From NCBI GenBank assembly GCA_021785055.1, contig JAJYGS010000024.1:1-39934 (forward strand): a DNA stretch of 39,934 bases, given 5' to 3'. Position 1 is the first letter of the stretch, and the number at the start of each line of letters is the position of its first letter. A program made the position numbers and the translations under genes. Source of the DNA: Nitrospirota bacterium. Its GTDB lineage: Bacteria > Nitrospirota > JACRHJ01. Under the pieces are notes generated by a model. The model searched no databases. It had not been told where the DNA came from and worked only from the letters and a program-made list of their open reading frames with translations. This document shows positions 25,000-35,945 of this stretch, in pieces.

Positions 25000-26737
25000 G
25001 CTCAGCCGCAGGCGCGCCGAACTGCATATCGTAAAGCCGCTTGTAGATGCGGCTCTTCGACAAAAGTTCGGTATGCCTTCCCGAATCGGTTATCCTTCCG
25101 CCGCTTATTACGACTATCTTGTCGGCATTTATTATCGTGGAGAGCCTGTGAGCTATAACAAGCGTCGTCCTGTTCTTCATGAGGTTTTCAAGCGCCTGCT
25201 GGACAATCCTCTCCGATTCGGTATCGAGGCTCGACGTGGCCTCGTCCAGTATAAGTATCGGGCTGTCCTTCAGTATCGCACGCGCTATGGAAATCCTCTG
25301 CTTCTCTCCTCCGGATAGCCGGAAACCCTTCTCGCCGATTATCGTGTCGTATTTCCCGGGCAGCTTTTCTATGAATATGTCCGCATGGGCGGCGCGCGCC
25401 GCGGCAAAGACCATCTCGTCCGTAAACCCCTCTTTGCCGTAGGCGATATTGTTGCGGATGGTGTCGTTGAAGAGTATCGTGTCCTGGGTAACGACTGCGA
25501 TATTCTGCCGGAGGGTCTTGAGCTGAAAATTTCTTATGTCTTCGCCGTCGATCAATATCGCGCCTTCTTTGAGATCGTAGAAGCGCGGGAGCAGGTTTAC
25601 GAGCGTCGTTTTCCCGCCGCCGGAAGCGCCGACGACCGCGATTACCTCGCCCTTGTTTATGGTAAGGTCCACGTCCTTAAGGACATAGTCCTCTTTTTCG
25701 TTGTACCTGAAGCTTACTCCGCGATATTGGATGCTGTCCTTTATACCGTCCGGGCCTGGAATGCCACTGGACATAGCCTCGCTTTCGTTCGGCGTGTCCA
25801 TTACGTTCAGAACCCTCTCGATTGCGGCGCTGGCCCCCTGGATGTTGTTGTGCAGGCCGCCGAGCGCCTTTACGGGCGGATACAGCATAAATAGCGCCGC
25901 CGCAAACGATACGAACTGGCCGGTGGTCATGGAACCGTTTATCACCCTGTGGCCGCCGTATAAGATAATCACGGCCATCGCCAGGCCGCCGACCGCGTCC
26001 ATGGATGGCGAGACAAGGCTTGCCACCTTGGCCTTTTTTATCTGGAGTTTCGTGTACTTTTCCTGTTCATTGACAAACTTCCTGTTCTCGCGGTCTTCCA
26101 TGGTGAAGGCTTTCACAATCCTGCTGCCGGTAAAGCTTTCGTGGAGCGTGGACATAAGCCCGGCGACCGCCTCCTGGGATTTGCCGGTCAGCTTGCGCGT
26201 CTTTTTGCCGTACCTGGAGACGATTACTCCGGCGAGCGGCAGGATAGTTACGCAGATTGTCGCAAGCCTCCAGTCCCTGATGAAGAGCACGACAAGCAGC
26301 GCCGCAATCGTGAACGACTGCTGGAGCATGTCCTTTACAAGCGTCCCGGCCAGGCGCGAGAGCACGCCGACGTCGTTCATTATGTGGGACACCATCTTGC
26401 CGGTATTGGTCGCCTGGTATTCCCTGAGCGGCAGGTAGACCATATGGGAGTACAGGTCGTTTCTTATGTCCCGGATTACCTTTAACGATACGGACTGTGT
26501 GATATACGACTGGATATACGAGAAGGTGTCCTTAATCAGGTACACGGCGAAAACGGCGAAGGACAGAGGAACAAGCATGGCAGGATTTTTTTTGCCGAAC
26601 ACGTCGTCCACGACAGGTTTTGTAAGATAGGCAACAGCGCCGTTAGTGCCGGATACGACCAGGGTGCAGAGTATCGCCACGAAGGTTATATTTACATATT
26701 TCTTTATATAAGGCCAAAGCCTTTTAAACAGGGTCAT
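24983..26737 (-). CDS. msbA: Lipid A export ABC transporter (permease + ATPase)
   Basis: 584 aa. 6-TM domain plus NBD with GASGGGKTT, LSGGEKQRISIARA, ILILDEATS. Located in the lpx cluster. Confidence 0.85.
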   Translation of the reverse strand: MTLFKRLWPYIKKYVNITFVAILCTLVVSGTNGAVAYLTKPVVDDVFGKKNPAMLVPLSFAVFAVYLIKDTFSYIQSYITQSVSLKVIRDIRNDLYSHMVYLPLREYQATNTGKMVSHIMNDVGVLSRLAGTLVKDMLQQSFTIAALLVVLFIRDWRLATICVTILPLAGVIVSRYGKKTRKLTGKSQEAVAGLMSTLHESFTGSRIVKAFTMEDRENRKFVNEQEKYTKLQIKKAKVASLVSPSMDAVGGLAMAVIILYGGHRVINGSMTTGQFVSFAAALFMLYPPVKALGGLHNNIQGASAAIERVLNVMDTPNESEAMSSGIPGPDGIKDSIQYRGVSFRYNEKEDYVLKDVDLTINKGEVIAVVGASGGGKTTLVNLLPRFYDLKEGAILIDGEDIRNFQLKTLRQNIAVVTQDTILFNDTIRNNIAYGKEGFTDEMVFAAARAAHADIFIEKLPGKYDTIIGEKGFRLSGGEKQRISIARAILKDSPILILDEATSSLDTESERIVQQALENLMKNRTTLVIAHRLSTIINADKIVVISGGRITDSGRHTELLSKSRIYKRLYDMQFGAPAAEHAEIP

Positions 26738-27877
26738 TTATATGCCGGCCTCTTTAAGTACCTCAAGCGCCGCCCTCTCCGATGCGCCGCCGGAACCGAG
26801 TTTCCTGCGCACTTCGCCCAAATCACGGACTATGCCGCCGTAATATGCTTTATCATAAAACATCTTTAAAATCAAGGAACTTATCCTTTCAGGAGAGGCG
26901 TCGTGCTGTATAAGTTCCGGGACGGTTTCTCTCCCGGCGACAAGGTTAGGCATGCCGATGAACGGAACGTCTATAAGCATTTTCCCCAGCCAGTAGGTAA
27001 GCGGAGACAGCCTGTAGATTATTACCATCGGTTTCTGCCTTAGCGCAGTCTGGAGTGTCGCCGTCCCGGATGCGACGATACCTGCATCCATGACCGACAT
27101 CACTCCGGAAAAATCATTACGAACAAGCCGGACATCCTCATAGCCTTTCAGATAATCCCTGAAATCCTCAAGCGCAAGCGTCGGTGCGACAGGGATTACG
27201 GACTGAAGCTCCGGCATCTTCTTTTTTATCAGCGATAGCGTCTCAAGCATAACAGGCAGGTGGAAGTGCAGCTCCTTTTTCCTGCTGCCGGGAAGAAGCC
27301 CGACTACCGGCCTTTGCGGGTCAAGACCAAGACTTCGAGCCAGTTCATCCTTCGGGCGCGTCTCCGCCTCTTCGTCAAGAAGCGGGTGCCCGACGAACGA
27401 ACATTTCACGCCGGCTTCCCTGTAAAGCGCCTCCTCGAAAGGAAACACCACCAGCATCCTGTCCACGACCTTCGCTATGTGTTTTATCCTCCCTCGGCGC
27501 CAGGCCCACACCTGCGGGCTTACGTAATAGACTACTTTCACGCCGGCCTTCCGGGCCTTTGCGGCCATGCGCAGGTTGAAGTCCGGATAGTCTATAAGCA
27601 CCAGGGCGTCGGGTCGCTCGTTTGTTATCGTGTCTTCCATCAGCCGGAAAGCCGCTTTTATGTCTTTGAAGTGGGTAAGAACCTCCCATATCCCGACGAC
27701 GGCAAGGGCGGAGATGTCCTGCAATGTCCGCACACCGGCTTTCCGCATCGCCTCTCCGCCCATGCCGAAAATATCGATGCCGGGCCGGAGACGCCTCAAT
27801 GCCAGGGCGAGCTTTCCGCCGTGAAGGTCTCCGGAGGCTTCCCCGGCTATTATCATTATCTTTTTTTCGCGGGACAC
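26738..27877 (-). CDS. lpxB: Lipid-A-disaccharide synthase
   Basis: 379 aa. IIAGEASGDLHG N-terminal motif, YVSPQVWAWR motif. GTG start at 27877. An alternative ATG at 27856 shares 1 nt with the upstream stop. Confidence 0.9.
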   Translation of the reverse strand: MSREKKIMIIAGEASGDLHGGKLALALRRLRPGIDIFGMGGEAMRKAGVRTLQDISALAVVGIWEVLTHFKDIKAAFRLMEDTITNERPDALVLIDYPDFNLRMAAKARKAGVKVVYYVSPQVWAWRRGRIKHIAKVVDRMLVVFPFEEALYREAGVKCSFVGHPLLDEEAETRPKDELARSLGLDPQRPVVGLLPGSRKKELHFHLPVMLETLSLIKKKMPELQSVIPVAPTLALEDFRDYLKGYEDVRLVRNDFSGVMSVMDAGIVASGTATLQTALRQKPMVIIYRLSPLTYWLGKMLIDVPFIGMPNLVAGRETVPELIQHDASPERISSLILKMFYDKAYYGGIVRDLGEVRRKLGSGGASERAALEVLKEAGI

Positions 27878-28977
27878 GCCAGAGAGGCCCTTATAGTCTC
27901 AGAGATAAAATCGACGTCCACCGGGCTTAATTCCGGGTAAATCGGAAGGGACAGAACTCGCCTGGAGAGGTCTTCCGATACCGGAAAATCGCCCTTTTTG
28001 TATCCGAGTCCTTTGTATGATTCCTGGAGATGGAGCGGGACAGGGTAATAAATCGCCGACGCAATTTCTTTTTCAGAGAGGGCGCTCATTATATCGTCCC
28101 GCCTGTCGGCAAGTATCGTGTACTGGTGATACACGTGATAATATCCATCCCTTTCGACGGGAATGGAAACCCCCTCCTGCATGGCCAGCCATTCGTTATA
28201 CTGCACGGCGCGCTCGCGCCTGAGGCTGTTGTAGCGGTCTATCCTTTTGAGCTTCACGCGGAGTATCCCGGCCTGCATCTCGTCAAGGCGGCTGTTGTAT
28301 CCGATAATGTCGTGGAAATAACGCTTTCTGCTGCCGTGGTTTCTTAACGCCCGGAGAGCCTCGGCGGTTTTGTCGCTGTCCGTGGCGACCATCCCGCCGT
28401 CGCCGTAGCAGCCGAGGTTCTTGCTCGGAAAGAAAGAGAAGCAGCCGGCATCGCCGAAGGAGCCTGTCTTTACAAACTTGTAACCGGCCCCGAAACTCTG
28501 CGCGCAGTCCTCTATGACCTTCAGGCCGTGCGAGTTCGCAAGGTCGAGTATTTTAGGCATATCCGCCGGATGGCCGAAGAGATGAACGGGTATGATCGCT
28601 TTCGTGCGGGGAGTGATTTTATTTTTAACCTCTTCCGGGTCGATATTCCATGTATCCGGCAGGACGTCCGTGAACACTGGCCTTGCGCCGATATATGATA
28701 TGGCCTCAGCCGTCGCGATAAACGTAAACGGGGTAGTGATGACCTCGTCCCCGGCTTTTATGCCGCAGGCGAGAAGCGCCAGGTGCAGGGCGTCGGTGCC
28801 GGAGGCGCAGGCGACGGCGTGTTTCGTGCCTATATATTCCGCCACCTCCTTCTCAAGCTCCTGCACGTTCGGTCCAAGTATGAATTGCGTGGCGAGCAGT
28901 ATCTCTTCGAGCTTCGCGTCAAGCTCCTCCTTAAGCTCTATATACTGCGCCTTAAGATCCACCATCGGTATTCTCAT
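27856..28977 (-). CDS. gnnB: DegT/DnrJ/EryC1-family PLP aminotransferase, GnnB-like (UDP-3-keto-GlcNAc transaminase candidate)
   Basis: 373 aa. QFILGP.V.E.E...[18 protein letters not shown] and a PSKNLG lysine motif. Lies between lpxI and lpxB, next to a Gfo/Idh/MocA gene. Confidence 0.7.
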   Translation of the reverse strand: MRIPMVDLKAQYIELKEELDAKLEEILLATQFILGPNVQELEKEVAEYIGTKHAVACASGTDALHLALLACGIKAGDEVITTPFTFIATAEAISYIGARPVFTDVLPDTWNIDPEEVKNKITPRTKAIIPVHLFGHPADMPKILDLANSHGLKVIEDCAQSFGAGYKFVKTGSFGDAGCFSFFPSKNLGCYGDGGMVATDSDKTAEALRALRNHGSRKRYFHDIIGYNSRLDEMQAGILRVKLKRIDRYNSLRRERAVQYNEWLAMQEGVSIPVERDGYYHVYHQYTILADRRDDIMSALSEKEIASAIYYPVPLHLQESYKGLGYKKGDFPVSEDLSRRVLSLPIYPELSPVDVDFISETIRASLACPAKKR

Positions 28978-29927
28978 AATTGCAGCGTATGGCTCCTTAT
29001 CTCGTCCTGTACAAGCATGGCTACTTTCAGCGCCTCCCTGCCTTCGACTCCGGATACGAGCGGTTTTTTACGCGATGCCGAGCACTCAAGGAACGCCGCC
29101 AGCTCCGCTTTGAGCGGCTCCTCTTTTTTCACCTTTACCTTGCCGCCGACGATGTCCGGCCTGCCTTCCGGGTCTTTTTTATTGGGGATGCGGTGGTATG
29201 CGTATATCTCTTGGTCCTGGTAGTTTAGAGATATGTAGGTATCCGGCTGGAACAGCCGAATCTTACGCTCTTTCTTCATGGATATTCTGCTGGACGTAAC
29301 GTTTGCGATACAGCCGGAATCGAATTCTATCCTGGCGTTCGCAATATCAGCGTTCTTCGATATTACGGGAATGCCGACGGCATGGATATTCTTCACCGGC
29401 GAGCCAACAAGCGATAGTATTATATCTATGTCGTGAATCATGAGGTCGAGCACGACGTCAACGTCGGTAGACCTGTCCGGGAACGGGGAGAGCCTGTTGC
29501 ACTCGATGAACTTCGGCGTCGTGACAAGTTCCACCATCTTCAGCACCGCCGCGTTGAATCTCTCCAGGTGCCCGATTTGCAGAATACATTTTTTCTCGTC
29601 GGCCAACTGCACCAGTTCGTCCGCCTCATCCACAGTCACGGTCATGGGCTTCTCAAGGAGCACGTCGATGCCGGCGGAAAGGAAATCCTTGGCGATTCTG
29701 TAGTGATGCACAGTCGGCGCGGCGATGGATACCGCCTGGACCTTGCCGATCAATTCTTCATGCGAAGCAAACGGGACCGTTTTTGCGGCCTTCGCAATCT
29801 CTCTCGCCTGTTCGGCGTTAACGTCGCAGATTCCCACAAGCTCGGCCTCCGGAAGCTCCGAGTATATCCTTGCGTGGTGCCTGCCGAGATATCCAACGCC
29901 TACTACGCCGACTTTTATTTTATTCAT
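28974..29927 (-). CDS. gnnA: Gfo/Idh/MocA NAD-dependent oxidoreductase, GnnA-like (UDP-GlcNAc 3-dehydrogenase candidate)
   Basis: 317 aa. Rossmann motif [13 protein letters not shown] and the LLEKP motif. ATGA overlaps on both sides inside the lpx cluster. Confidence 0.7.
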   Translation of the reverse strand: MNKIKVGVVGVGYLGRHHARIYSELPEAELVGICDVNAEQAREIAKAAKTVPFASHEELIGKVQAVSIAAPTVHHYRIAKDFLSAGIDVLLEKPMTVTVDEADELVQLADEKKCILQIGHLERFNAAVLKMVELVTTPKFIECNRLSPFPDRSTDVDVVLDLMIHDIDIILSLVGSPVKNIHAVGIPVISKNADIANARIEFDSGCIANVTSSRISMKKERKIRLFQPDTYISLNYQDQEIYAYHRIPNKKDPEGRPDIVGGKVKVKKEEPLKAELAAFLECSASRKKPLVSGVEGREALKVAMLVQDEIRSHTLQL

Positions 29928-30730
29928 ATCCCCATTATACAGATATTCGCTTTGTCCGCGCCCGAAATCAATTCGGATTTTTCAAGCATCAGGGTCTTTC
30001 TGGCCTCTATTGCAAGGACGCGCGCCCCGGCTTCCTTCATGGCCTCCAGAGTCCGCATGCCGACCACCGGGACATCGAAGCGCATGTCGTGGCCCTTCCT
30101 GCTGACCTTGACTATCGTAATGCCGCCCTTGCCAAGCTCGCCTGCGCGCCTGATGCAGTTGTCCGTCCCTTCAACGGCCTCGACCGCCACAACGGATAAG
30201 TCCTTCACCGCGACGCTTTGGCCGATGTCGTGTTCCGCGATTACCTTGGCCATCTTAAGACCGAACTCCACGTCCGCCGCTTCGGGCTTTGTCGGTTTCG
30301 ACTTTGTCATCACACCCGGCACGGCAAGGAACGGCTTCATGTGGATTGTAGAGTCGATAAGCTCGATGCCGTTCTTCGAGAGCTCGTCCGCCACGGCCTT
30401 GAGTATCGTTTCGCCCTTCCTGTCCGGAAGCGACGCCCAGAGCCTTGCGGCGGTAAGGTCGAGCTTCAGGAGGTCGGAGGTATACATCCTGCGCTTGACC
30501 ACCTGGCCGGCCATGACTGCGTTCGTGACGCCTTCTTTCTGAAAAACCTTTATCAGCTTGCCAAGCTGTGTTATCGAAAGCCAGTGGACGCTGTCGGCAA
30601 TGCTTTCGATGCCCTTGTCCGCCTCTTCCGACAATGCGGCGACTACGACATGAAGCCCTTCTGCCTTCGCGTTCCCGGCCAAAATTAAAGGGAACTTCCC
30701 GTTCCCCGCTATTATGCCAAGCTTCTCCAT
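29924..30730 (-). CDS. lpxI: UDP-2,3-diacylglucosamine pyrophosphatase LpxI (DUF1009)
   Basis: 268 aa. [19 protein letters not shown]...[24 protein letters not shown] blocks parallel Caulobacter LpxI as I recall it. Canonical position after lpxA. Confidence 0.8.
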   Translation of the reverse strand: MEKLGIIAGNGKFPLILAGNAKAEGLHVVVAALSEEADKGIESIADSVHWLSITQLGKLIKVFQKEGVTNAVMAGQVVKRRMYTSDLLKLDLTAARLWASLPDRKGETILKAVADELSKNGIELIDSTIHMKPFLAVPGVMTKSKPTKPEAADVEFGLKMAKVIAEHDIGQSVAVKDLSVVAVEAVEGTDNCIRRAGELGKGGITIVKVSRKGHDMRFDVPVVGMRTLEAMKEAGARVLAIEARKTLMLEKSELISGADKANICIMGI

Positions 30731-30737
30731 CTATCCG

Positions 30738-31514
30738 TCACCTGCATACGCCGCGTTCGGAAGAGACGACGAAATCGAGAAGCTTCTTTACCTCCGGAAA
30801 ATCGCCGCAGCTGGCCGCGGCCTTCTTCGTGGCATCCTTCACCGTGAGGCCGCTTCTGAAAAGGATTTTGTACGCCTCCTTGAGGGCGGAAATGGTTTCT
30901 TTTGCAAATCCCCGTCTTGAAAGGCCGACGAGGTTCAGGCCGTGAAGCGTCGCCCTGTTGCCGGTCGCGTTGGTAAACGGCGGCACGTCCTGCGATACTG
31001 CGGAACATGCGCCGACCATGCTGTGCGCGCCTATCCGCACGAACTGGTGAAGCCCGGTGAGCGCGCCAACGATAGCGTATTCCTCTATGTGCGCGTGTCC
31101 TCCTATCTGGACGGAGTTCGCGAGGATTACGTGATTTCCGATGTGGCAGTCGTGCGGGACATGGGCGTAGGCCATTATGAAACAGTCGTCGCCGATTACC
31201 GTGGCGCCCCCGCCGCCCTCGGTGCCGCGATTGATCGTCGTAAACTCGCGTATACGGTTCCTGTTCCCTATGATGAGCTTCGAGTCCTCGCCGCCGAATT
31301 TCAAATCCTGCGGTATCTCGCCGATTGAGGCGAACTGATAAATCTCGTTTTCCTCGCCTATCTCGACGAACGGCTTTATCACGGCATGTGCGCCGATTTT
31401 CGACCCACGGCCTATTTTTACATTGTCTTCTATGACGGCGTATGGGCCGACAATTACGTCGTCCGACAGGACGGCCCCGCCGCTGACTATTGCAGTAGGA
31501 TGTATATTTGGCAT
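30738..31514 (-). CDS. lpxA: Acyl-ACP--UDP-N-acetylglucosamine O-acyltransferase
   Basis: 258 aa. IHPTAIV start, hexapeptide repeats, C-terminal helical domain. Confidence 0.9.
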   Translation of the reverse strand: MPNIHPTAIVSGGAVLSDDVIVGPYAVIEDNVKIGRGSKIGAHAVIKPFVEIGEENEIYQFASIGEIPQDLKFGGEDSKLIIGNRNRIREFTTINRGTEGGGGATVIGDDCFIMAYAHVPHDCHIGNHVILANSVQIGGHAHIEEYAIVGALTGLHQFVRIGAHSMVGACSAVSQDVPPFTNATGNRATLHGLNLVGLSRRGFAKETISALKEAYKILFRSGLTVKDATKKAAASCGDFPEVKKLLDFVVSSERGVCR

Positions 31515-31523
31515 GTAATGGAC

Positions 31524-31955
31524 CTACTCCCTGGCTGTCATGGCCATGAACTCGGCCTCGCAGACGAGTTTTCCTTCGACCTTGGCCTCGCCCTTGAACT
31601 TATGGACGCTGCCTCTGCTCTGGAGCGGCTCCACTTCGAGCATGAGCTGGTCTCCCGGCACGACGGGCTTACGGAACTTTACCTTGTCTATGCTCATGAA
31701 ATAAACCATCTTGTCGTCAGTCAGGGCGGTCTTGTGCACCAGTATCCCCGCGACCTGTGCCAGCGCCTCTACAATAAGGACGCCTGGCATTATCGGCCTG
31801 CCGGGAAAGTGCCCCTGGAAAAAATGTTCGTCGAACGTGACGTTTTTCAGGCCGACTATCCTCTTCCCAGGCTCAACTTCAAGAATCCTGTCAACATACA
31901 GGAAGGGATAGCGGTGCGGCAATATTTTCTGAATCTCCATTATGTCGAGCATCAC
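31524..31955 (-). CDS. fabZ: 3-hydroxyacyl-ACP dehydratase
   Basis: 143 aa. [14 protein letters not shown]...[19 protein letters not shown]. Confidence 0.95.
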   Translation of the reverse strand: MMLDIMEIQKILPHRYPFLYVDRILEVEPGKRIVGLKNVTFDEHFFQGHFPGRPIMPGVLIVEALAQVAGILVHKTALTDDKMVYFMSIDKVKFRKPVVPGDQLMLEVEPLQSRGSVHKFKGEAKVEGKLVCEAEFMAMTARE

Positions 31956-32980
31956 TCCTCCGTCCGCGTATTTTTTTCCAGCTTCTTTTCCAGTTCCAGA
32001 ACCCGCTTGCGAAGCTCCGGCAGTTTCCTGAGCGCGGCCTGCATCCTCATGAACTCCATGTGCGGGTACGCCGGTGAGCCGGTGTAAATCCGGCCCGCCT
32101 CAAGGTCGTTCATTACGCCGGACTGCGCGCCGACCTGCACGCCGTCCCCGATTTTTATATGGCCGACCAGCCCCACCTGCCCGGCCAGGACGACGTGATG
32201 GCCGAGCTCCGTGCTGCCGGATATGCCCGCCTGGGCGACGATTATCGAATCCTCGCCTACCACGACATTGTGCGCTATCTGCACGAGGTTGTCTATCTTC
32301 GTCCCGCGCCTGATGATTGTATCCCCCAAGGCGCCCCGGTCTATCGTCGCGTTGGAACCGATCTCGACGTCGTCCTCGATAACAACTCCGCCTATCTGCG
32401 GGATTTTGAAGTGCTTTCCGCCGTCAGTGGCGTAGCCGAAACCGTCCCCGCCTATAACCGTTCCGCCGTGAATTATGACCCTGTCGCCTATTTTTACACC
32501 TTCTCTGACGACCACGTTCGGGTAGATTATGCAGTCCGCGCCGATGGAGGAGCCTTCGCCTACATAGACGCCGGGGTAGAGGACGCTCCGGTCGCCTATC
32601 TTGGCGCCCGCCTCGACAAATACATTAGGGTAGATTGCGGCGTCCTGTCCGACGTGCGCCTCAGGGCTGACCTCTGCGCCGCCCATGACGCCTCCGGGAA
32701 GCTTCCTTTTCAAAACAAAGAGCTTCAATACTTTCGCGAAAGCGAAATACGGGTTCTTTGCGCGGAGACACGGCCTTCCGCCAACGTCTATTCCCGGCGC
32801 GGCAATGACAGCCGAGGCGCGGGTGGCGGCGAGTTCACCGATGTATTTCATGTTGGCGAGAAACGTAATCTCGCCGGCGCCTGCCTCTTTTAAGCCGGCA
32901 ACGCCTTTTATTCTGACCCGGGCGTCGCCTTCCGCCTCGCCTCCGACGGATTCCGCCAGTTCCTGTAGTGTCTTTTCCAT
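31952..32980 (-). CDS. lpxD: UDP-3-O-acylglucosamine N-acyltransferase
   Basis: 342 aa. Extensive hexapeptide repeats, HNV.VG..., C-terminal helix. lpxD-fabZ-lpxA order. Confidence 0.9.
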   Translation of the reverse strand: MEKTLQELAESVGGEAEGDARVRIKGVAGLKEAGAGEITFLANMKYIGELAATRASAVIAAPGIDVGGRPCLRAKNPYFAFAKVLKLFVLKRKLPGGVMGGAEVSPEAHVGQDAAIYPNVFVEAGAKIGDRSVLYPGVYVGEGSSIGADCIIYPNVVVREGVKIGDRVIIHGGTVIGGDGFGYATDGGKHFKIPQIGGVVIEDDVEIGSNATIDRGALGDTIIRRGTKIDNLVQIAHNVVVGEDSIIVAQAGISGSTELGHHVVLAGQVGLVGHIKIGDGVQVGAQSGVMNDLEAGRIYTGSPAYPHMEFMRMQAALRKLPELRKRVLELEKKLEKNTRTEE

Positions 32981-33526
32981 TTATTTTTTAATTTTTTTAG
33001 TCGGCGCGGGCGCCTTGGTATTGTCGTACGCCTTGATTATCTTGTCCGTAATGTCCACGGCCTCAGGGGCGTAAAGCACCACGGAGCGGTCGAGAATCAG
33101 GGTATAGCCTTCCTCTTTGCCGTATTTCTTGATGACGCCCGTTACCTCGTCGAACATCTTGTTTGCCAGTTCCTCTTTTTTCTTCGAGAGTTCGTCCTGC
33201 GAATCCGAATAGTACCTCTGGTAGGTCTTGTATTCCCTCTGGAGCTTGTCTTCCCTGCGCTGTCTCTCGTCAGCCGAGATTATGGAAGACTGTTTGTCCA
33301 GTTCCTTCTGCATCTTCTCTATCTCTTTGCGGCGCTCTTCGATCTTGGCCTGCTTGTCAGCCGCCATTTTCTCAAGCGTCTTCAACGCCTGCTTTCCGGC
33401 CAGAGATTCCTTCTCGACCTTGAGCATGTTTATATATCCCAGCTTGATCTCCGACGCAGATGCCGCGCCGCACAAAGCCGCTCCCAGAAAGAGCGCCGCG
33501 GCCAAAACCAGAAATATCTTTCTCAT
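32981..33526 (-). CDS. skp: Periplasmic chaperone Skp/OmpH
   Basis: Start trimmed to the ATG at 33526 (GGAGG SD), giving MRKIFLVLAAALFLGAALCGAASA signal peptide. Lys/Glu/Gln-rich coiled coil. Lies between bamA and lpxD. Confidence 0.85.
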   Translation of the reverse strand: MRKIFLVLAAALFLGAALCGAASASEIKLGYINMLKVEKESLAGKQALKTLEKMAADKQAKIEERRKEIEKMQKELDKQSSIISADERQRREDKLQREYKTYQRYYSDSQDELSKKKEELANKMFDEVTGVIKKYGKEEGYTLILDRSVVLYAPEAVDITDKIIKAYDNTKAPAPTKKIKK

Positions 33527-33543
33527 ACCGTTAACCTCCGTTT

Positions 33544-35868
33544 TCAGAACATCGACCCCATGGAAAATTCCCATTTCCCGGCCCGCTGATTTTCTTTCCT
33601 GTTCAATACAAAGCCGTACTCCAGCCTGATAAGACCCATAGGGGAGGCCCATCTCACTCCGCCCCCCGCCGTATAGCTGAGCTTGCCGATGTTAATGGCC
33701 TCGCCTTCATCGTACGCCCGCCCGGCATCTGAGAAAACCACGCCCCTGAGTTTTACGGCAGAAAAAAGCGGGAAGGTGTATTCGGCGTTGAATACCACTT
33801 CCTTGTTGCCGCCCTTAGGGTCTCCGATGGTAGATATCAGCGACGTCGCGCCCGTAATCTTGTCCAGCTTTAAAATAGGGAACCTCGGCCCAGCCGTGCC
33901 CCAGTCCAGGCCGCGCACCGTGCCCATGCCGCCGACAAAGAACCTCTCGTCAAGCGGGAGAGGACGTCCCTGTAGTCCGTTGGCATATCCGATTCTTCCG
34001 TGGAGCGAGAAATCGGTATCGAAGTAAAACGGGAAATACCAGGTAGAGTCGCCGATTACCTTGTAAAAGGCGTTGTCGCCGCCAAGGGCCGTCCCGGCAT
34101 ATTCGGCGTAGATTGAATTATTGCTCCCCCGCCTGGGATCAAGGTAGTTGTCCCTGCTGTCGCGGTAGAAATTAAGGCCGATTTTGCCGGTCGTCTTTAA
34201 TTGCTCGGACTGCATGAAGAACGGGTCGCTACTGATGGAATCTATAACGCCGAAATAGGTCTGGTCGGCCCAGGAATAGGAGCCCGTTACGCCCCAGTAG
34301 TTCCAGAAACGGCGGCCCAGGCTTACGCTCGCGCCGAGCGAGCGCTCGTCGTAGCCGGTATAATATCTTTCCTCCTTGAAGAGGTCGAGTCTGAGCGATA
34401 CGGGCTTGTCGAGGAGCCACGGCTCAAGGAAGCTCAGTACGAAGTTCTGCCTGCGCGCGCCGAACTCTCCCTTGAACTTCAGCATCTCGCCCAATCCAAG
34501 GAAGTTGTTCATCGTAATCTCGCCGATTCCGACAAGCCTGTCTATCGTGCTGTATCCGCCGCCTATGCTGAAGGAATCGGTGGATTTCTCCTTGACGTTT
34601 ACGTCGAGGTTTACCTTATTCTTGCCCTTCCTCTCCGGGATTATCTGGACGTTCGAGAAGAAGTTGAGGTTGTGAAGCCTTTCGTATGTGAGCTTCAGGC
34701 TCGTCGTGTCGTATATGTCGCCCTCGTCGAACGGCAGCTCGCGCCGGATGACCTTGTCGCGTGTCTTTACGTTCCCGGTGACGTTTATCCTGTTTACGAA
34801 AATCTGGTCGCCTTCGCTGATGTCGAACGTTACGTCTACCAGCCGCGTAGAAACATGAGGCTTGACGACGGGCGAGACGGACGCGAACGCGTAACCTTTT
34901 GAGCCGTACAGGTCTGTAATTGCGACGACGTCGTTCCTGAGCTTGTCCCGGTTCATTATTTTTCCCGGCTTGCTCTTGACCTTGCCCATCAGCTCCTTGG
35001 CGCTAAAGACCTTGTTCCCTGTAACTTCTATCCTGCCGTAGCGGAACTGCTTGCCCTCGTGGACAGGTATGGTTATGTAAAGACCTTTCCTGTCCGGAGA
35101 CAGCTTTACCTTAGGCTCGCCGACGTTCACCTGGATATAGCCGTGGTCGTAGTAAAGGCCCTTTATCCTCTCGATGTCCTGGGAGAGCTCAAGCACCTTG
35201 TATCTGCCGGTTTTCATTATCCAGGACCATATCGGAAAATAGGTCTTGGTCTCCATGACCTTTTTTATTTGACTGACGCTTATTTTTTTGTTGCCGACAA
35301 TCGTGATTTTCTTTATCCGGACCTTCGCGCCCTCTTTTATTTGGTATATTACGCGCACTTCGTTCTTGGTCTTCTTGATTATCGGGAGCACCTGCGCGTT
35401 GTAGTATCCCTCGTCCTGGTAATAAAGCCTCAGCTTTTCGGCGTTGTCTTCCACCAGGGAGGGGTTATATACCGAATATGCGGAAAGGTTTACTTTCCCG
35501 CGCAGCTTGGCGCTCTTGATATTGGTGTTGCCCTCGAAATTAAACGATGCGAGTATCGGCCTCTCTGCCACCGTGAACGTAAGCTTCAAACCGCCCTGGT
35601 AACCCTCCGCGTCCACCTTCACATCGCTGAAATAGCCCATGCGGTAGATGTTTATGACATCCCGGCGAACCCTTGAAGGGATAAATTTATCCCCCACTTT
35701 CTCTATCATCCTGGAACGGATTGTGCCGGTTTCTATTTTTTTGTTGCCGGCTATCCCGATATCCGTTATTCTCGCCCCTTCGTCAGCCGCGAAAGCTGAA
35801 AGAGAAACGGCCAGACATAAAAGGGAAAGGATGATTATCAGAATTTTTTTGCTGCGGGGGAAAAACAA
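33544..35868 (-). CDS. bamA: Outer membrane protein assembly factor BamA
   Basis: POTRA repeats plus a beta-barrel ending ...EFSMGSMF (terminal Phe). I place the start at TTG 35868, 6 nt after AAGGAGG, giving (M)FFPRSKKILIIILSLLCLAVSLSAFA signal peptide. The track's 36003 start overlaps hemW. Confidence 0.9.
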   Translation of the reverse strand: MFFPRSKKILIIILSLLCLAVSLSAFAADEGARITDIGIAGNKKIETGTIRSRMIEKVGDKFIPSRVRRDVINIYRMGYFSDVKVDAEGYQGGLKLTFTVAERPILASFNFEGNTNIKSAKLRGKVNLSAYSVYNPSLVEDNAEKLRLYYQDEGYYNAQVLPIIKKTKNEVRVIYQIKEGAKVRIKKITIVGNKKISVSQIKKVMETKTYFPIWSWIMKTGRYKVLELSQDIERIKGLYYDHGYIQVNVGEPKVKLSPDRKGLYITIPVHEGKQFRYGRIEVTGNKVFSAKELMGKVKSKPGKIMNRDKLRNDVVAITDLYGSKGYAFASVSPVVKPHVSTRLVDVTFDISEGDQIFVNRINVTGNVKTRDKVIRRELPFDEGDIYDTTSLKLTYERLHNLNFFSNVQIIPERKGKNKVNLDVNVKEKSTDSFSIGGGYSTIDRLVGIGEITMNNFLGLGEMLKFKGEFGARRQNFVLSFLEPWLLDKPVSLRLDLFKEERYYTGYDERSLGASVSLGRRFWNYWGVTGSYSWADQTYFGVIDSISSDPFFMQSEQLKTTGKIGLNFYRDSRDNYLDPRRGSNNSIYAEYAGTALGGDNAFYKVIGDSTWYFPFYFDTDFSLHGRIGYANGLQGRPLPLDERFFVGGMGTVRGLDWGTAGPRFPILKLDKITGATSLISTIGDPKGGNKEVVFNAEYTFPLFSAVKLRGVVFSDAGRAYDEGEAINIGKLSYTAGGGVRWASPMGLIRLEYGFVLNRKENQRAGKWEFSMGSMF

Positions 35869-35905
35869 AAATTGCCTCCTTGATGCGCACCTTTCAAAGT
35901 GCCAT

Positions 35906-35934
35906 AATATAGCATTACGGCATGATGCTGTAAA
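35906..35934 (-). promoter_or_regulatory. Predicted sigma70 promoter for the bamA-lpx operon (TTTACA-17-TATATT)
   Basis: Minus-strand TTTACA (35929-35934), 17-nt spacer, TATATT (35906-35911). Confidence 0.5.
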
Positions 35935-35945
35935 CAAAAAAATTC

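Noticed and set aside
29433-30542. 369-aa + strand ORF spanning the gnnA/lpxI junction in antisense
   Set aside because: It crosses two well-supported, translationally coupled minus-strand genes. The composition is low complexity (Ser/Arg/Pro-rich).
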